Shown piece after piece: positions 37,442-54,600 of a DNA stretch of 64,000 nucleotides. The notes under the pieces are model-generated. The model did not search any database. It worked only from the letters and a program-made list of their open reading frames with translations, and had not been told where the DNA came from. This DNA is from the human T2T-CHM13v2.0 reference genome, Homo sapiens: assembly GCF_009914755.1 (NCBI RefSeq), contig NC_060925.1; one strand, 5' to 3'. Made by a program: the position numbers and the translations under genes. Numbering within the stretch: position 1 is the stretch's first letter; each line of letters opens with the position of its first letter.

Positions 37442-37725
37442 CTGGGGGATGAAATAGATAGAAACTTAAACATTCATATATAGTTAGAAAGAGCAGTTAA
37501 TACATGGATCCCAGACTCAGAAAGTATTAACCGTTCTTTTTTCTGTTTTGTCGTTTTTTTTTAACCAAAAAATAAATCCTGGTGACTTATAAAATATTGC
37601 TGCTACTCTTCCTTCATTCTGACAATACTTCCCCTTTCTCTGTTCAGACCAGTAATCTTGTTACCAAATGAGCCTGTCAAGGTAAGAACTTTCTCATTTT
37701 TAAATTTATTTTTATTATTTTTTAA

Positions 37726-38238
<513 letters not shown>

Positions 38239-38326
38239 CTAAAGGGGAACAGAAATTACACGGGGTGACTACAGATAATACCCTGTTCTCACCTAGTCCT
38301 CCGCTTCCTTTTTTTTTTTTTTTTGA

Positions 38327-38476
<150 letters not shown>

Positions 38477-38660
38477 TAACTTTTTGTTGAGATGGGGTCT
38501 CATATGTTGCCCAGGCTGGTCTGAAATTCTTGCGTTCAAGTGATCTTTCCGCCTCAGCCTCCCAAAGTGCTGGGATTACAGGCATGAGCCACTGAGTCCA
38601 GCCAGCCCTCCCCTTTTTTTGGGTATCTAGAGAAATATGGAATGCTTTTATTTTCTTTCA

Positions 38661-38786
<126 letters not shown>

Positions 38787-38996
38787 TCAGCAGATTTAAA
38801 TCAGGGCCTAACACTGTGAATAGTGTATGCTCATGAGTGAACAAGTGAGTGAATGAATGAATGAATGAATGAATATTCTTTTGCAGTCATAAATAGTACA
38901 AACTAAGTTGTCAATGCCATGTTCCAAGATCAGGATCAGTAAGCAAGGGGTACAAAGAGATAGTAATGATTGAATTTGGGAGAAAGTATGAGTTTA

Positions 38997-39218
<222 letters not shown>

Positions 39219-39904
39219 CTACCTCAACCCTTTTATTATCTTCTGGTTCTGACTCCGTTCAGGACAGAGCTGCAGAGCATAAGGAGACCTGAGTTCAGTG
39301 ACATTTGGGGAAGTGAAAAGATCACACTTACTGCAGCTGAGCCATAGATAGCGTGAACTTAAAAGTGAAACTTGTGAATATTTTAAGAACCAAATATCTT
39401 CTGGAAGCAAGCTATATGCTCCACCCAATGGGCAGATATTAAAAGCTTAATTTACTTTCTTTATAACTGCTTTTTAGTTAAATGGTCAACTGGAAAATAA
39501 TTAAGTTCTATTAGTCTTTTTACTTCAGATCGCTTTTTTTTCTAAGTGGAAGTGGAGCTTAAGCTGAATAAAATTTCTCTATATCTAGCAAAATTTCAAA
39601 GATTTCAGTTCCAAAAGCAGTCACTTTTTTTTTTTTTTTTTTTGAGATAAAGTTTCACTCTGTCACCCAGGCTGGAGTGCAGTGGCTTGACCACAGCTCA
39701 ATGCAGCCTCAACTTTCTGGGCTCAGGTGATTCTTCCACCTCAGCCTCACCTCCCACCTCAGCCTTACCTCCTGAAAGCTGGGACCACAGGCGCAAGCAT
39801 CACACCTGGATAGTTCTCATATTTTCAGTAGAGAAGGGATTTCACCATGTTGCCCAGGCTGGTCTCAAACTCCTGGGCTCAAGCAATCCACCTTCCTTGG
39901 CCTC

Positions 39905-40127
39905 ACATAACTTTTATTACTGTAGATTATCATAATTGTTCTATTGTATTACTAGCTATTATTGCTAATCTCTTATTGTGCCTAATTTATAAATTGACCT
40001 TAATTATAGATATGTATGTATAGGTAAAAACAACATAGTGTACGTAAGATTTGGTACTATCTGCAGTTTCAGGCATCTACTATAGGTCTTCAAACACATC
40101 CTCCGTATATAAAGAGAGCCTACTGTA
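39905..40127 (+). mobile_element. Tigger4/MER46-like DNA transposon end
   Basis: AATCTCTTATTGTGCCTAATTTATAAATT...CAGTTTCAGGCATCTACT...CTACTGTA. Confidence 0.65.
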
Positions 40128-40853
40128 GTTTGAATTCCTCTGGATTTTCAGAACTGGATTTGAGAGGAGAGATACTGAACTGATATCTTTTTGTTTGTTT
40201 GTTTGTTTAACTTTGAACCCCAAGAAGCTACTGAACTATCTTTATAGCATATTTTTACTTCAAGATGGATATGGATACAAGTGGACTAATTTGGGAATTT
40301 AAGGACACATGAAAGACTAGGCTGAATTTCAGCTGAAGTTACACCAATTTTTCAAATCTCCCTGCTCTTAAGCAACTTCAGAATGATCATTTTCAGGTTG
40401 CTGTTGATCCCAGGGCTGCTGAAAAGATCTCAAGTCCCAGAACAGTTTCTTCTAGGAGTCTCCAGAACTAAGCTCAGTGCATACTCCTTGTTATACTGTT
40501 TTTATTTATTTTTGTTTTATTTTGCTTGTGGAACGCTTTCTAGGGAGAATGCTATACACAAAGCCCTTTGCGTAAGATATCCTTCAATTAATTTGGCAAA
40601 ATGTTACAGATAAAGGTGATGGGTGTGTGTGTGTATGTGTGTCCTATATTTGTTTAGCTGCCTTCACTGCTACCTTCAACAATAAGGCAGAATGGCTTTC
40701 ATTTTTCCTACTCCTTTCCTCCCCCTCGAGTAATCTAGCTGGATGACAAAAGCAGACACTCTTAGCAAAACATCACACAGGAAATGCCTACAGAATTATT
40801 CATTTGTAATGTATGAAAGATTTGATTTTTTTCCCTCAAACATCTTATCTTAA

Positions 40854-41184
<331 letters not shown>

Positions 41185-42883
41185 TGAGCCACCGCGCCCG
41201 GCCAATTTTTTTTTGTATTTTTAGTAGAGACAGGGTTTCGCCATGTTGGCCAGGCTGGTCTTGAACTCCTGACCTCAAGTGATCCCCCCACCTCGGCCTC
41301 CCAAAGTGCTGGGATTATAGGCATGAGCCACCGCGCCCGGCAGGCTTCATTTTTCTCTTCCACCTCTCTTCCTGCCAGACTCCCGGGCTCCAATATCCCA
41401 AGAAAGAACAAATTAGGGCAAAATTAGGGCAGAAAAAGTAATAAACTACACCAGAAAAGGAGGAACCCTGAAAGTAGAAAGCAAAAGGGTATAAAAGAGG
41501 AAGCAGGGTCATGGGGATGGGTTTAAGTTTGTGAAGAAAAGATATGAGATCTAAAGGGTGAAGGTATTTCTTTGCCAACTACAAGGTAGGGGTGTGAGTT
41601 CCCTAGAGGAAGTACCATCAAGAGAAGTCAGGGGAATAGTTGCCAAGAGGATAAAGTGAAGAGACTGGGTGCGGTGGCTCACACCTGTAATCCCAGCACT
41701 TTGGGATGCCGAGGCAGGCAGATCACTAGGTCAGGAGTTCGAGACCAGCCTGGCCAGCATAGTGAAACCCCGTCTCTACCAAAAATACAAAAAAAATTAG
41801 CTGGGCATGGTGGCAGACCCCTGTAATCCCAGCTATTCAGGAGGCTAAGGCAAGGAGAATCGCTTGAACCTGGAAGGCAGAGATTGCAGTAAGCTGAGAT
41901 CACACCACTGCACTCCAGCCTGGGTGACAGTGTGAGACTCCGTCTCAAAAAAAATAAAAATAAAAATAAAAAAGAGAATAAAGTGAAGAGAGAGCTCAAC
42001 ATCCCTCGTGGGCCCTGAAATAGGGTGGAATGTGTGAGAAACCAGATTCTGTGTGTGCTTGATAAGCTAATAGTAAGTTCATTTGGTTTGTAGATGATAC
42101 TACCCCTTTCGTTTCAAGAAAGGAGAGGAGAATGGGGATCCTGGCCAGTATAACAAGGAGTATTAGATTCTAGAAATTCGGATTGAGTCATTTGCATGTT
42201 ATTCTCACAGACTAGTAAATAAAATAAAGTCACTCCCAAAAAAGAACAGAAAGTAAAAGAAAGCACAAGACCACGATATCTTTGCCTTGAAGGACTACAT
42301 TACTGGATAGAAGACGTAGCATTTTAGATACATTTTAGGGAGAGGAAAATTAAACTTGGCCCTCCTGTGCTAGGTGGGAGAACACAAAGTTTGGCTGTCT
42401 CGAGAACTCTGCAAGGTAGTTCCTCAGTGCCTTGCAAATATAGGTCAGTATTATACCAAGCCTCCATCAGGACAGAAGAAGTACAAGTGGTAAGGAATGG
42501 CATTAGGAGCTCAGGCTTCTAAATCCAGTAATCAGGAGAACTACCAGTAGGAATGGAGGACAAGACTGAATTGTACGAGCGTGCAATGCAATCATCTTCA
42601 ACAAGACTGACAAACTTATCGAGGTTAGTTTCCAGTGCAATAGTGGGGCAAATGGGTAGGTGGGTAGGCAATAGCTAAATTGGGGTGAGTAAACCAAGAG
42701 GTTCAACTTTAGATACATAAAATGTGAGAAAATGGCAAGAAATGTGTGTGTTGTTGGTTGGTTGGTTGGTTTTTGAGACAGAATCTTGCCTTGTCACCCA
42801 GCAGAGAGTTCAGTGGCGCAATCTTGGCTCACTGCAACCTCTGCCTCCCAGGTTCAAGTGATCCTCCCACCTCAGCCTCCTGA

Positions 42884-43069
<186 letters not shown>

Positions 43070-44411
43070 TAAGTGTCCTGTGAGTAAATGAAAATGTAGG
43101 ACTAGATGGTCCCTAGTGAGAGGCTGGAGATGGTGTTAGAGAAATCAGCTTCAGAGGTGATGTGATACATTTATTCTGGTGGTGGCATTTTTAAAAATTG
43201 CACCTTAATGTGCACAAAGGTCAAGAAATGCTGATAAATATGTTCAAGTGATAGGCTGATTCACAGGAATGAGTAGTGTCAATTCATAGATGTTTGTGCA
43301 CTTGCTCTGTAGGAAGTACCTTGTTGATAACTGTTTGGTTAGTATCATTACTATAATATACACAGAACCAGGATGTATCTATGTCTCCTTTATAGAACCA
43401 AGATGTAGCCAGATCTTTGATATGTCTCTGGTCTTCTAATGAATCTCCAGAAGTTGCAATAGTACCAGTCTGATTTCTAGTATAGATTAAACCGTTAGCA
43501 CCTAAACCTGGCCTTCAGAACTAGGTATCTTCTTTCTGTTAGGATTCAATGAATCCTTTATATTTAATAAATATATATATATATATTTTTTTTTTTTTGA
43601 CATGGGATCTCACTCTGTCATCCAGGCTAGAGTGCAGTGGCGCGATCTCGGCTCACTGCAACTTTGCCTGCAATCCCAGCTACTCGGGAGGCTGAGATAG
43701 GAGAGTCACTTGCGGTGAGCCAAGATCGCACCATTGCACTCTGGTCTGGGCAAAAAGAGCAAAACTCCATCTCAAAACAGACAAACAAACAAACAAACAA
43801 AAAACTGAAATTGTGGTAAGTGCTATGAAAAATAACAAATGGTGCTAATAAGAACTTACAATAGAAGATTTGATCTATTCAAAGAGGTCCAGAAAGCTTT
43901 CTCTGGCCAGGTGTGGTGGCTCATGGTTGTAATCTCAGCACTTTGGGAGGCTGAGGCTGGAGGATCACTTGAGTCCAGGAAGTCAAGTCTGCAGTGAGCT
44001 ATGATCAAGCCACGGCACTCCAGCCTGGGTGACAGAGCAAGACCCTGTCTCCAGAAAAAAAAAAAAAGAAAGAAAAGAAGAAAAGAAAAGAAAGCTTTCT
44101 TTGAAGAATTGACCACCAAATTGAGATCTAAAGAATTATTAGTCGGGCATGGTGGCTCACACCTGTAATCTCAACACTTTGGGAGGCTGAGATGGGAACC
44201 CTAGAGGTTGAGGCTGCAGTAAGCCATGATCACACTACTGCACTCCAGCCTAGATGACCAAGTGAGGCCCTGTCTCAAAAAAAAAAAAAAAAAAAGGCCA
44301 GGCATGGTGGCTCACGCCTATAATCACTTTGGGAGGCCAAGGTGGGCAGATCACGAGGTCAGGAGATCGAGAGACCATCCTGGCTAACACAGTGAAACCT
44401 TGTCTCTACTA

Positions 44412-44591
<180 letters not shown>

Positions 44592-45910
44592 TTACCAAAT
44601 GTTATCTAGGTAAAGAGGAGTGTGAGGAATGTTCAAGGCGGAGGTAACAACATGTGTGCAAGGCCCTATGGCAGAGGAAGCATGGCAAGGACAAGAAAAT
44701 GAGCATGCTATAAGAAGCTGGAGAGACACCATGTAGGACATTGATAGCCATTTTAAAAGGTTCTTTGGGAGGTAAATGAAGTTCTATTTGTGAAGCACTT
44801 TTAGCACAGAGTCTGGAACACAGTTCTATGGATTAGCTGTTGTTACTGTGGAAAGTAGATGAACAGAAAACGTATATAAGGAAATGCAGATTTAAAATAA
44901 TCATGGAACATTTTAAGGCTCAGAAATCCAATGAATGAAATTAACATAATAAAGTACTATTTTATGCTAGTTATATCAGAAAAAAAGTCATGATTTTTAC
45001 CTGATACAGTTTAAGTACAGAGGTTAAGAGGCTTTGAAAAAAAACAGACTGGTTTCAAATCCGGGCTTTTCCATTTCATGGGTAAAATGAACATAATATT
45101 TTCCTCTTGGGGTAGTTGTAACGATTAAACGAGATCACGTACGGCAAAGCACTTAGCAGATTGCCTAGTACATAGTAAGTAGGCAAAATGTTTTCATCTT
45201 TTATTCTCTTTTATATTTATTAAGTCTAGCAAGGTGGTAGAGAAGATGATAAATTCATATATTGCAAATTAGAAAAACTCCTTTGGAAATACATTTGGTA
45301 ATACTTAACCAATTAGATGCTAATAGTCTTTGACCCAGTAATAACATTTTTGGGGATCTAGCCTAAGGATTAATCCAAAAGAAGGGAAAAACCACATGGA
45401 AAAATATATTCATATTAGTGTTATCAATAATCATGAAAAACTAGAAATAACTGTTTAACAATGGAGAAATAAATTATTTGGGTATTACTATGTCTCAGGA
45501 AGTTTATATACTTATTATCTTCACAGCAGTTCTTCAAAGTGAATATTATTCCCACATTTTACTGACTTAATCCAAGGTCACATAGCTAATCATGGGCATA
45601 ACTTAAATTCAAACCAAGATTTATATGACTCCAAAGTTTTTATGACTTCAGATGACAAAGCAAGACTACCTGAAATTGAAATTCAGTTCCACCACTTACT
45701 AGCTATGTGACCCTGAGCAAGTTAATTGACCTCTCTGTTTGTTTCCTCACCTATAAAATGGAAATGAAAACAGTACCTTCCTCAATGGAGCAAATGAGTT
45801 TATATATGAGTGTTTAGAACAGTGTCTGTAAGAGGTATAGAAGCATTCTCTATTATGATTATTATTCTTTCATTATAAAACCAGATGGACAGGCTGGGCG
45901 CGGTGGCTCA

Positions 45911-46242
<332 letters not shown>

Positions 46243-46430
46243 TCATCAACTATTAAAAATCATATACATTTTAATCAGCCTGATAATTTTGGTATAATGG
46301 TAAGTGAAAATATGAGAACACAAAATTGTATCTATGCTATAATTACAATAATATTAAAAATTTACATAAATGGACAAGAACTAGAAGATCCACAAAAAAA
46401 GCTATTGTTGGTTTTCATGTGTGTGTATGA

Positions 46431-46586
<156 letters not shown>

Positions 46587-47511
46587 TAGTGGAGACGGGG
46601 TTTCATCATGTTGCCCAGGCTTGTCTTGAACTCCTGGACTCAAGCCATCTGCTCGTCTCAGCCTCTCAAAGTGCTGGGATTACAGGCGCGAGCCACCTCA
46701 CCTGGCCAAGATCCACAAAAAAAGTTTTGATTTGTTAGAATGTTGGTATTATGGTGAGTTTACTTTCTTTTAACTTTCAATAATATTGTTTTATAACAAT
46801 AATAAGGAACGTTTGAAAATACCTTTAGAAATTTCAACAGTATAGTTGCATCCTGCTGTTTCTGCTGTGTAGAAACTATACTAACTATGTCCTTACCCTA
46901 AAACTTACCCTAAAACTAGGTCCTTTGAGAGACTCAGTGTCATTGGATGAAGTAGAACACTATTGGATAAGGATTAATGTTACAGCTCTGTAATAAGACA
47001 GATCTGAGTTAAATTTCATCTCTATGGCTGAACAGCTGAGTGAGCTTAGGCCAATTATTTAACTTCTCAGAGCTTCAGTTTCCTCATTTGTAAGTCAGAA
47101 ATGACATTTGTAGCTATTTCACAGGGTTTTCTTAAGGAGTAGTAAATAAGAAAATGAATGTTGATGTTTCCTTGACCACCTCACCCAGACTATCACAATT
47201 ATATTAAATATTTAATATAGCAATTAGTTGTTTAATGTCTGCCTCTCTAAGACATATCTATTGCCTTATAACATAAGCTCCACTAAAGCATGGAGCATTG
47301 CATTGCATTCCTAGCATCTAGGGCATTACTTTGCACACAATAAGCACTCAATGAATGTTTATATGAATGTATAAAAACCTTAGATGGGTGGTCAGTGGTA
47401 GTTTCAACTACAGAAAAGTTACTGAATTTAGTCCTGGCACAGGGAAAAGACATAAGCAGCATGGCACTGGCTTCAGCTGCCATTAACAGGACTGCCACAT
47501 CCAATTATGAA

Positions 47512-47831
47512 TACAGTCCTCTCACAGTATCTGTGGGGGACTGGTTCCAGGACCACCCCCTTCAATTACCAAAATCTGTGGATGCTCAAGTCCCTCATAT
47601 AAAATGGCATAGTATTTACACATACTATACATGACCTCTTGTATATTTTAAATCATCTCTACATTACTTATAATACCTAATACAATGTAAATGCTAGATA
47701 AATTGTTGTTATGCTTTATATTTTTTATTTTTTGTTGTTGTGTTATTTTTGGTATTTTTTTCAAATATTTTTGATCCATAGTTGGTTGAATCCAAGGATG
47801 TAGAACTTGGGGATACAGACAGCCATCTGTA
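47512..47831 (+). mobile_element. MER2 (Tigger-family) DNA transposon
   Basis: TACAG...CTGTA termini; GTATCTGTGGGGGACTGGTTCCAGGACC and GGATGCTCAAGTCCCT hallmarks. Confidence 0.75.
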
Positions 47832-48716
47832 TTGTTCTCTGTACAAAGATGTATGGCCAAGAAGGAAGTGGAGACTGAAATCTGAACCATGGACCTGGGG
47901 AGAGGGTAAAGGGGTTAGGATGCTCAGGGAATCTACCTGGAAATAGAGATGCCTTTTGATAATTCCCTTAAAGTTACCACCAGTTAAGTGAACAGTGGCC
48001 TTGTGTCACAGAATGAGTCCTCAAACCTCGGAAACATAAAATCCTGGGAGAATACATTAAGGGCTTAAGATGGGACACAGAACATGACCAGATGGAAAGC
48101 CCTCTGATTTAGTGGCAGTATTTACCTTGTCCAAGCAAGCAGTCTAGCCTCATTCACTACTCCTCTACTCCCCCAAAGCTCTCTATCTGGTGTCTCATCT
48201 GAAACCTTTAGATGGAGCTGAGAGGAAGACTCTATTTTTCCACTGGAGGACATGAGTCAGTGAACAGTGAGGTTACACTTAATCACTACCCAAAAACAAG
48301 GTCCTTAAAATCAGGAGCTAGAAAAGCAAGGAAGTGATTAATATAAAAGTCAGGATAGTGATTATCCCTTGGCCAGGGTAGGACAGGACAGGGGCAGATG
48401 GGTGTAGGGGACCTGATGGGGCATGGGTCTTCGGGGGTCTGACAGTTTCTTGACTTGGGTAGTGGTTGCACTGCTAATGGTTGCTTTATAATTATACTTA
48501 AATGTTTTATGTACTTTTCTAAATGTGTATTATATTGCACAATATTAAGCAGCTAAAAAAAACTATAACAAGTTTTTAAGCAGGGAAAAAATGACCAGAT
48601 TTGGCTGGGTGTGGTGGCTCATGCCTATAATCCTAGTACTTTGGGAGGCTGAGGCGAGTGGATTACCTGGTTGGACAGACCAGCCTGGCCAACATGGTGG
48701 AACCTTGTCTCTACTA

Positions 48717-48905
<189 letters not shown>

Positions 48906-49074
48906 TTAAAAGATCACTTGGGTGTTGAACTGAAAATTGACTGAAGGTGGGGCAAGGCTAGAGGCAGAGAAGCCAGTTAGGAGGTAGCTGCTATATTTTG
49001 GTGAGAAATTATAATGACTTTAGCTGAGAAAAGGTAAAATATTAGGGATATAGTCTACATTTTTTTTTTTTTGA

Positions 49075-49179
<105 letters not shown>

Positions 49180-51152
49180 TGAGTAGCTAGGATTACAGGT
49201 GCCTGCCACCACGCCCAGCTAATTTTTGTATTTTTAGTAGAAATGGGGTTTCATTATGTTGGCCAGGATGGTCTCAAACTCCTGACCTCAGGTGATCCAC
49301 CCGCCTCGGCCTCCCAAAGTGCTGGGTTTACAGGTGTGAGCCACTGCCCCCGGCCAGTCTACATTATTTTAAAAAACACAACCAAAATAAAACAGAGGCC
49401 GGCACTGCCCCTCAGCTCACTTTTTACATCTATGCCTTGGGTTACCTTGGCTTAGGAATTATAGTCCAGGGGCAGGGACATGTATACACATGTGCTAGAA
49501 CTTCCTACTTATCTCCTTTCAGGTAACTCTACCAGAGGGGCTCAGACTGATCAGCCAGTGGCAGTGAGAGCACATTTTTCATAGTACCACAAGATTATCC
49601 ATGTTGAGCTGACATCGGAGTTCCTATCATAATATCTAATCACTCAATAATATCTAATTACTCAAGACTTTCAGAGTGTTTTCACATCTGCTATCCGGTA
49701 CCAGAGTGTTAGCTCCAGGAGGCAAAGGTTTTGGTTCTTTTTGTTCACCGCTGTATTTTTAGTGCTTAGAACTGAACTTGGTACATACTAAGTGCTCAAT
49801 AAATGGTACTCAATAAATGACCACATTTAATGATTGTTATTGATATTTAATCATCACAACAATCCTGTGAGGATAGGTAGGACATGTATTATTATCCCCA
49901 TTTTATAAGTTAGAAAACAGAGAGATTTAAGAACATGTCAAATACTTCATAATTTGGTGAAAAAAAATCATGATTTAATTTCAGGTTTGTACTTCAGTTC
50001 CCCTCTTTCCACCCATTTCTTCACAACTGAAGAGCTAAGGTTTAAAATTCTTATATCTCTGAAACGCCAGCTGTAAGCATTCTAAAATACATGATAGGTA
50101 CTATTAGACACCCTATGTTATCTGATATCTCAGCTTGTAGGGTGAATGAGGCCTACCCAGCTGCCATTGCATCAATAATCACAGTTCTCTCAAAGGAGAT
50201 TCACTGTTCTTCTGGGTAATCTAATCCACCCAACCTGAAGCTACCTTGTACTCATGTTTCTCTCCTTGACCTACACTTGTCTCTACTCTCCATCCTAGCC
50301 ATTCCACTTCTCCAAGCAAAAGAAGTTAAGGAAGCCCTGTTATTGAAAAAACACATGTTATAATATATTTTTCATATGAAAAAGAAAAGAAAAATGATGG
50401 CCAGACATAGTGGTTCATGCCTGTAATCCCAGCACTTTGGGAGGCAAGATGGGAGGATTGCTTGAAGCCAGGAGTTCGAGACAAGCCTGGGCAAAAAAGC
50501 AAGGCTCGTATCTACAAAAAAGAAAAAAACAATTTTTTTTTAAATTAGCCAGGCATGGCGATACACACCTGTGGCCCCAGCTACTCAGGAGGCTGAGGCA
50601 AGAGAATCACTTGAGGCCAGGAGTTCAAGGCTACAGTGAGCTGTGGTTGCACTGCTGCACTCCAGCCTGGGTGACAGAGTAAGATTCTGAATCTTAAAAA
50701 AACAAACAACAACAACAAAAAAAACTGTGGCAGTGGGTAGTTTTGGTGCTCTTCAAAAACCTTTGTCAACCAAATAGAATCCCAGAGGGGAGGCTAAAAA
50801 TGTAATATTGCATGAAAAGTTAACATTGGTCTCTTTCTTCTTAATATTAATTAAAATTAGTAATATAAAGCATAAACCACAACTTAGATACCTGGGGAAA
50901 TCTGGATGTTCAATTAATATTAGTGTTTTTACATCTGGAGTTGTATATGTCTTCTGTAGGATTCCTAACCAAACTCCAAAGAACTAGCAAACAAAATATT
51001 AAAACCAGTAATTTTGAGAGAATACCTGAAATACATGCAAACCACTCAGAGAAGTCAAACTTTTTTTTTTCTGTCTTCCCCGCCAAGGTCTCATATTTAC
51101 TTTATCCCAAGAGCAATTTGGTCTCGGAAAATTGGACCCCCATAGTCAGTTA

Positions 51153-51600
<448 letters not shown>

Positions 51601-54600
51601 TTCCATTCCATCACCCATATGCAAAACTCACCTTTCTTCTTGCCTCCCAGAGAAAGAACAGAATTACAGGTCTCCTGAATGAGTTCTGTCTCTCCCCATT
51701 TTCCCAGTGAGCACAAGGGCCAAGTTGACACCTTCTGTTTCCTTATGTCCCAAATGAACTCTGCAAAGTTCAGTTAGGCCCAGGAAAGAAGACAGACACT
51801 GTTTAGAGTGAGTGACATGTCTTCTACCCGGACTGTTCATCGAAAGGTTTCTTGTCAGTGTGATCAATGAGAAACTTCTGTTCATCACAGAAGGTATTTT
51901 TATTCATAACTTTTAAGTCTGCTATATATACCTCAAACTCCCTTTTGAATGAAGCAAAGTCAGATGCTTCTGACAGTCTGTGTCTCTCCCAGGACTGGGG
52001 AAGTGCTGACCTCCATTAAGGGAAGTGTTGATTTCAGCACCTCTTCAACCCTCCCAGTAACCTTTGAAGCTTCACTTGGGTTCTGGATATAAAGACTAAG
52101 AGTGTTGGTCTATATAGGATCTAGAGCAAGTGGCCCCCACAAGGAGCACCTGACCAGACAGTTAGCTCAATACCCTGCATATGTAATGCTGGTAAACTGT
52201 GATGGAACAAAAAGAAAGTAAAATCAACCACCTTGCTGACAACATTGTAACTTTTAGGGCAGAAAGCCTGAAGAACTGTTTCTAAAGAACACATTTCTAC
52301 TCTGCAACCAATGTCTTAGGAAATAAATTTGTTTCAGGAAGTTATGCTGTGCCTGTGGCATTTTGGCCCTGAAAGGCAGGCTCTTCTAGAAAAACTTTCC
52401 ACATTTCAGCTTGCATAACCTCTCAATGGGTACAAGTCTACCCAAGTGCCTAATTCAGTGTGAGAACATCCAAAAATCAGTATATCATCTTTATTGAAGG
52501 CAGAAGTTCAACAAATGTTAACAAAATTAGTCTTGATCCTGAAGAAAACTGGGAAATGTGTTGTTAGGACTTCCTCTATTTAAGATATTAGCAATCCTTT
52601 CTGTTTTGCAACATTATTCAAACTTCCTTCAGGATATCATGATTCTGAACACTGCTTAATCTGAACATTAAAGATACTGCATGCTCTTTACTAAGTACTG
52701 CAAAAAAAAAAGAAAGATCATCGAGATATCTTGGTTATAGACAACTTAAAGACAATATTTCAAATTAAGAAACTCAATCCCAGTATACATAAATTAAAAT
52801 AAACCCTCATTCTTCAGCAATATTTGTTAGGAATAGTATATTTCTTAAATTATCCCCATCTAGAATTAAGAGAGAATTTCTTGCTGCTCTAAGTAACGTG
52901 ATGTTTACTTTGGCTATTTTAAAACATAAAATATGGGAAATCTTTGATTTATAAAAATACAAAATTTCAAGTTTGTAATAACTAAAACCATGTAAAAGTG
53001 TGTACATAGTTAAAGACTAAAAGAAGCAAAAAAGAATCAATTGTGTAAGTTTGCTTTCTAAAATTATCATAATTTTAGAATTATGATAAAGTTTGCTTTC
53101 TAAAATTATCATACCGTTTTTAAAATTAGAAATAAACATTTAAAAATCCATTAAGTTGTTCAACAAATTTATTGAGTACCCACTAAATTCTAAACATTGT
53201 CTTAGGAGATTGGCATACAACACTGAGAAAGCCAGAATATGGTAAAAACAAAACAAAACAAAACAAAAACATCCTTAGCCAGTTAATAAAGCAACTCAGA
53301 ACTAAAGATACAGACATGATTACTGATAAAAATTAAAACACTCCTTAGGTAACTTTGGGAAAGAAAATAAAAATAAAAACATTCCAAACTAACTTGCTTA
53401 ATTGCAGAGTAGCAAAGCATAATCCTAAAAGGAAAATGATTTTCTATGTTTGGACAAAGAAGATAATATAGTTTTATAATTTCTCTGTACCCTTAGAATG
53501 TCCTCAATTACACAAAACTAGAACTTTATTAATTTTTATTAATTGATGAGGCAAACCTGCCTAATAAAATTTAAATCTATTTTTCTCAAGCCTATATTTC
53601 AGCACAATCTCTTACTAACTTTCTTGTTTCTTCTTAATGAGGGAGAAGACAGAAATAAATAGGAGATAACAAAAAAAATTTTGCTTAGATGCCTCCATAG
53701 TCCCTTTCCTCAAAATCTAAGAATCTGTAAATAGTGTCTTGGCAGAACTTCACACTTTTTTAAAAAAGCAAGCAGCAATCTATTCTACTGTAAACCCAAA
53801 AGGTATAGAGACATTGTGAAATAACCAAACCCCCAAAACCCACTTAGCTACAAGGCCATTTCCTGAGCAGACCACTCAAGCAAGCAAAAAACAAACTGAA
53901 GAAGAAAACAAAAAACTTTAATTATTTTTTTTGTTTTGGGTTTTTTTGTTTGTTTGTTTGTTTTGTTTTGAGACAGGGTCTTGCTATGTTACCCAGACTA
54001 GTCTGGAACTCCTGGGCTCAAGTGATCCTTCCACTTCAGACTTCCAAGTAGCTGGAGCTATTATTTTTTTTTTAAAAAAATAAGCTACTACTTAATTTAT
54101 CACACTTCCTTCTACAGAGCACAATGCTTTTTGATGAAGATTGTGTTGACTCATTTGTATCTTGCGGGAAGATAAAGAGCTGGGGAGGGGAAACAAGACA
54201 TGCAGTAAAGGTTGGCAAATACCTAAAAGAGTTTCAGAATTTATGATGAATCATTTAAACCAGTCTGGCATAAAACCTAAGTGAACACAATTCCATGCAA
54301 TAAAAAAAGACTCACAAACATTTTGCCAGAACCATCAAGTAAATTGTGGGAAGTAAATTGTGGATAAGCACCTGAAGAGGAGTGACAAGGCCACATCTCA
54401 CTGCTGCCTCATGTGGCTGTAGTGCTTGGTCAGAAGGAAGAACACAACAGAGAAGAGTGCTGGTCACCATGTCACGTGTTCCAAGAAGAGGGGAGTATGC
54501 TAGTTTAAGGGGAAATATCAGTATCACAGAGGTCAGGAATTAGATTACAATAAACATTAATTGAGGAGAATTTCAGGGAAGACTACAAGGGTAAGATAAA

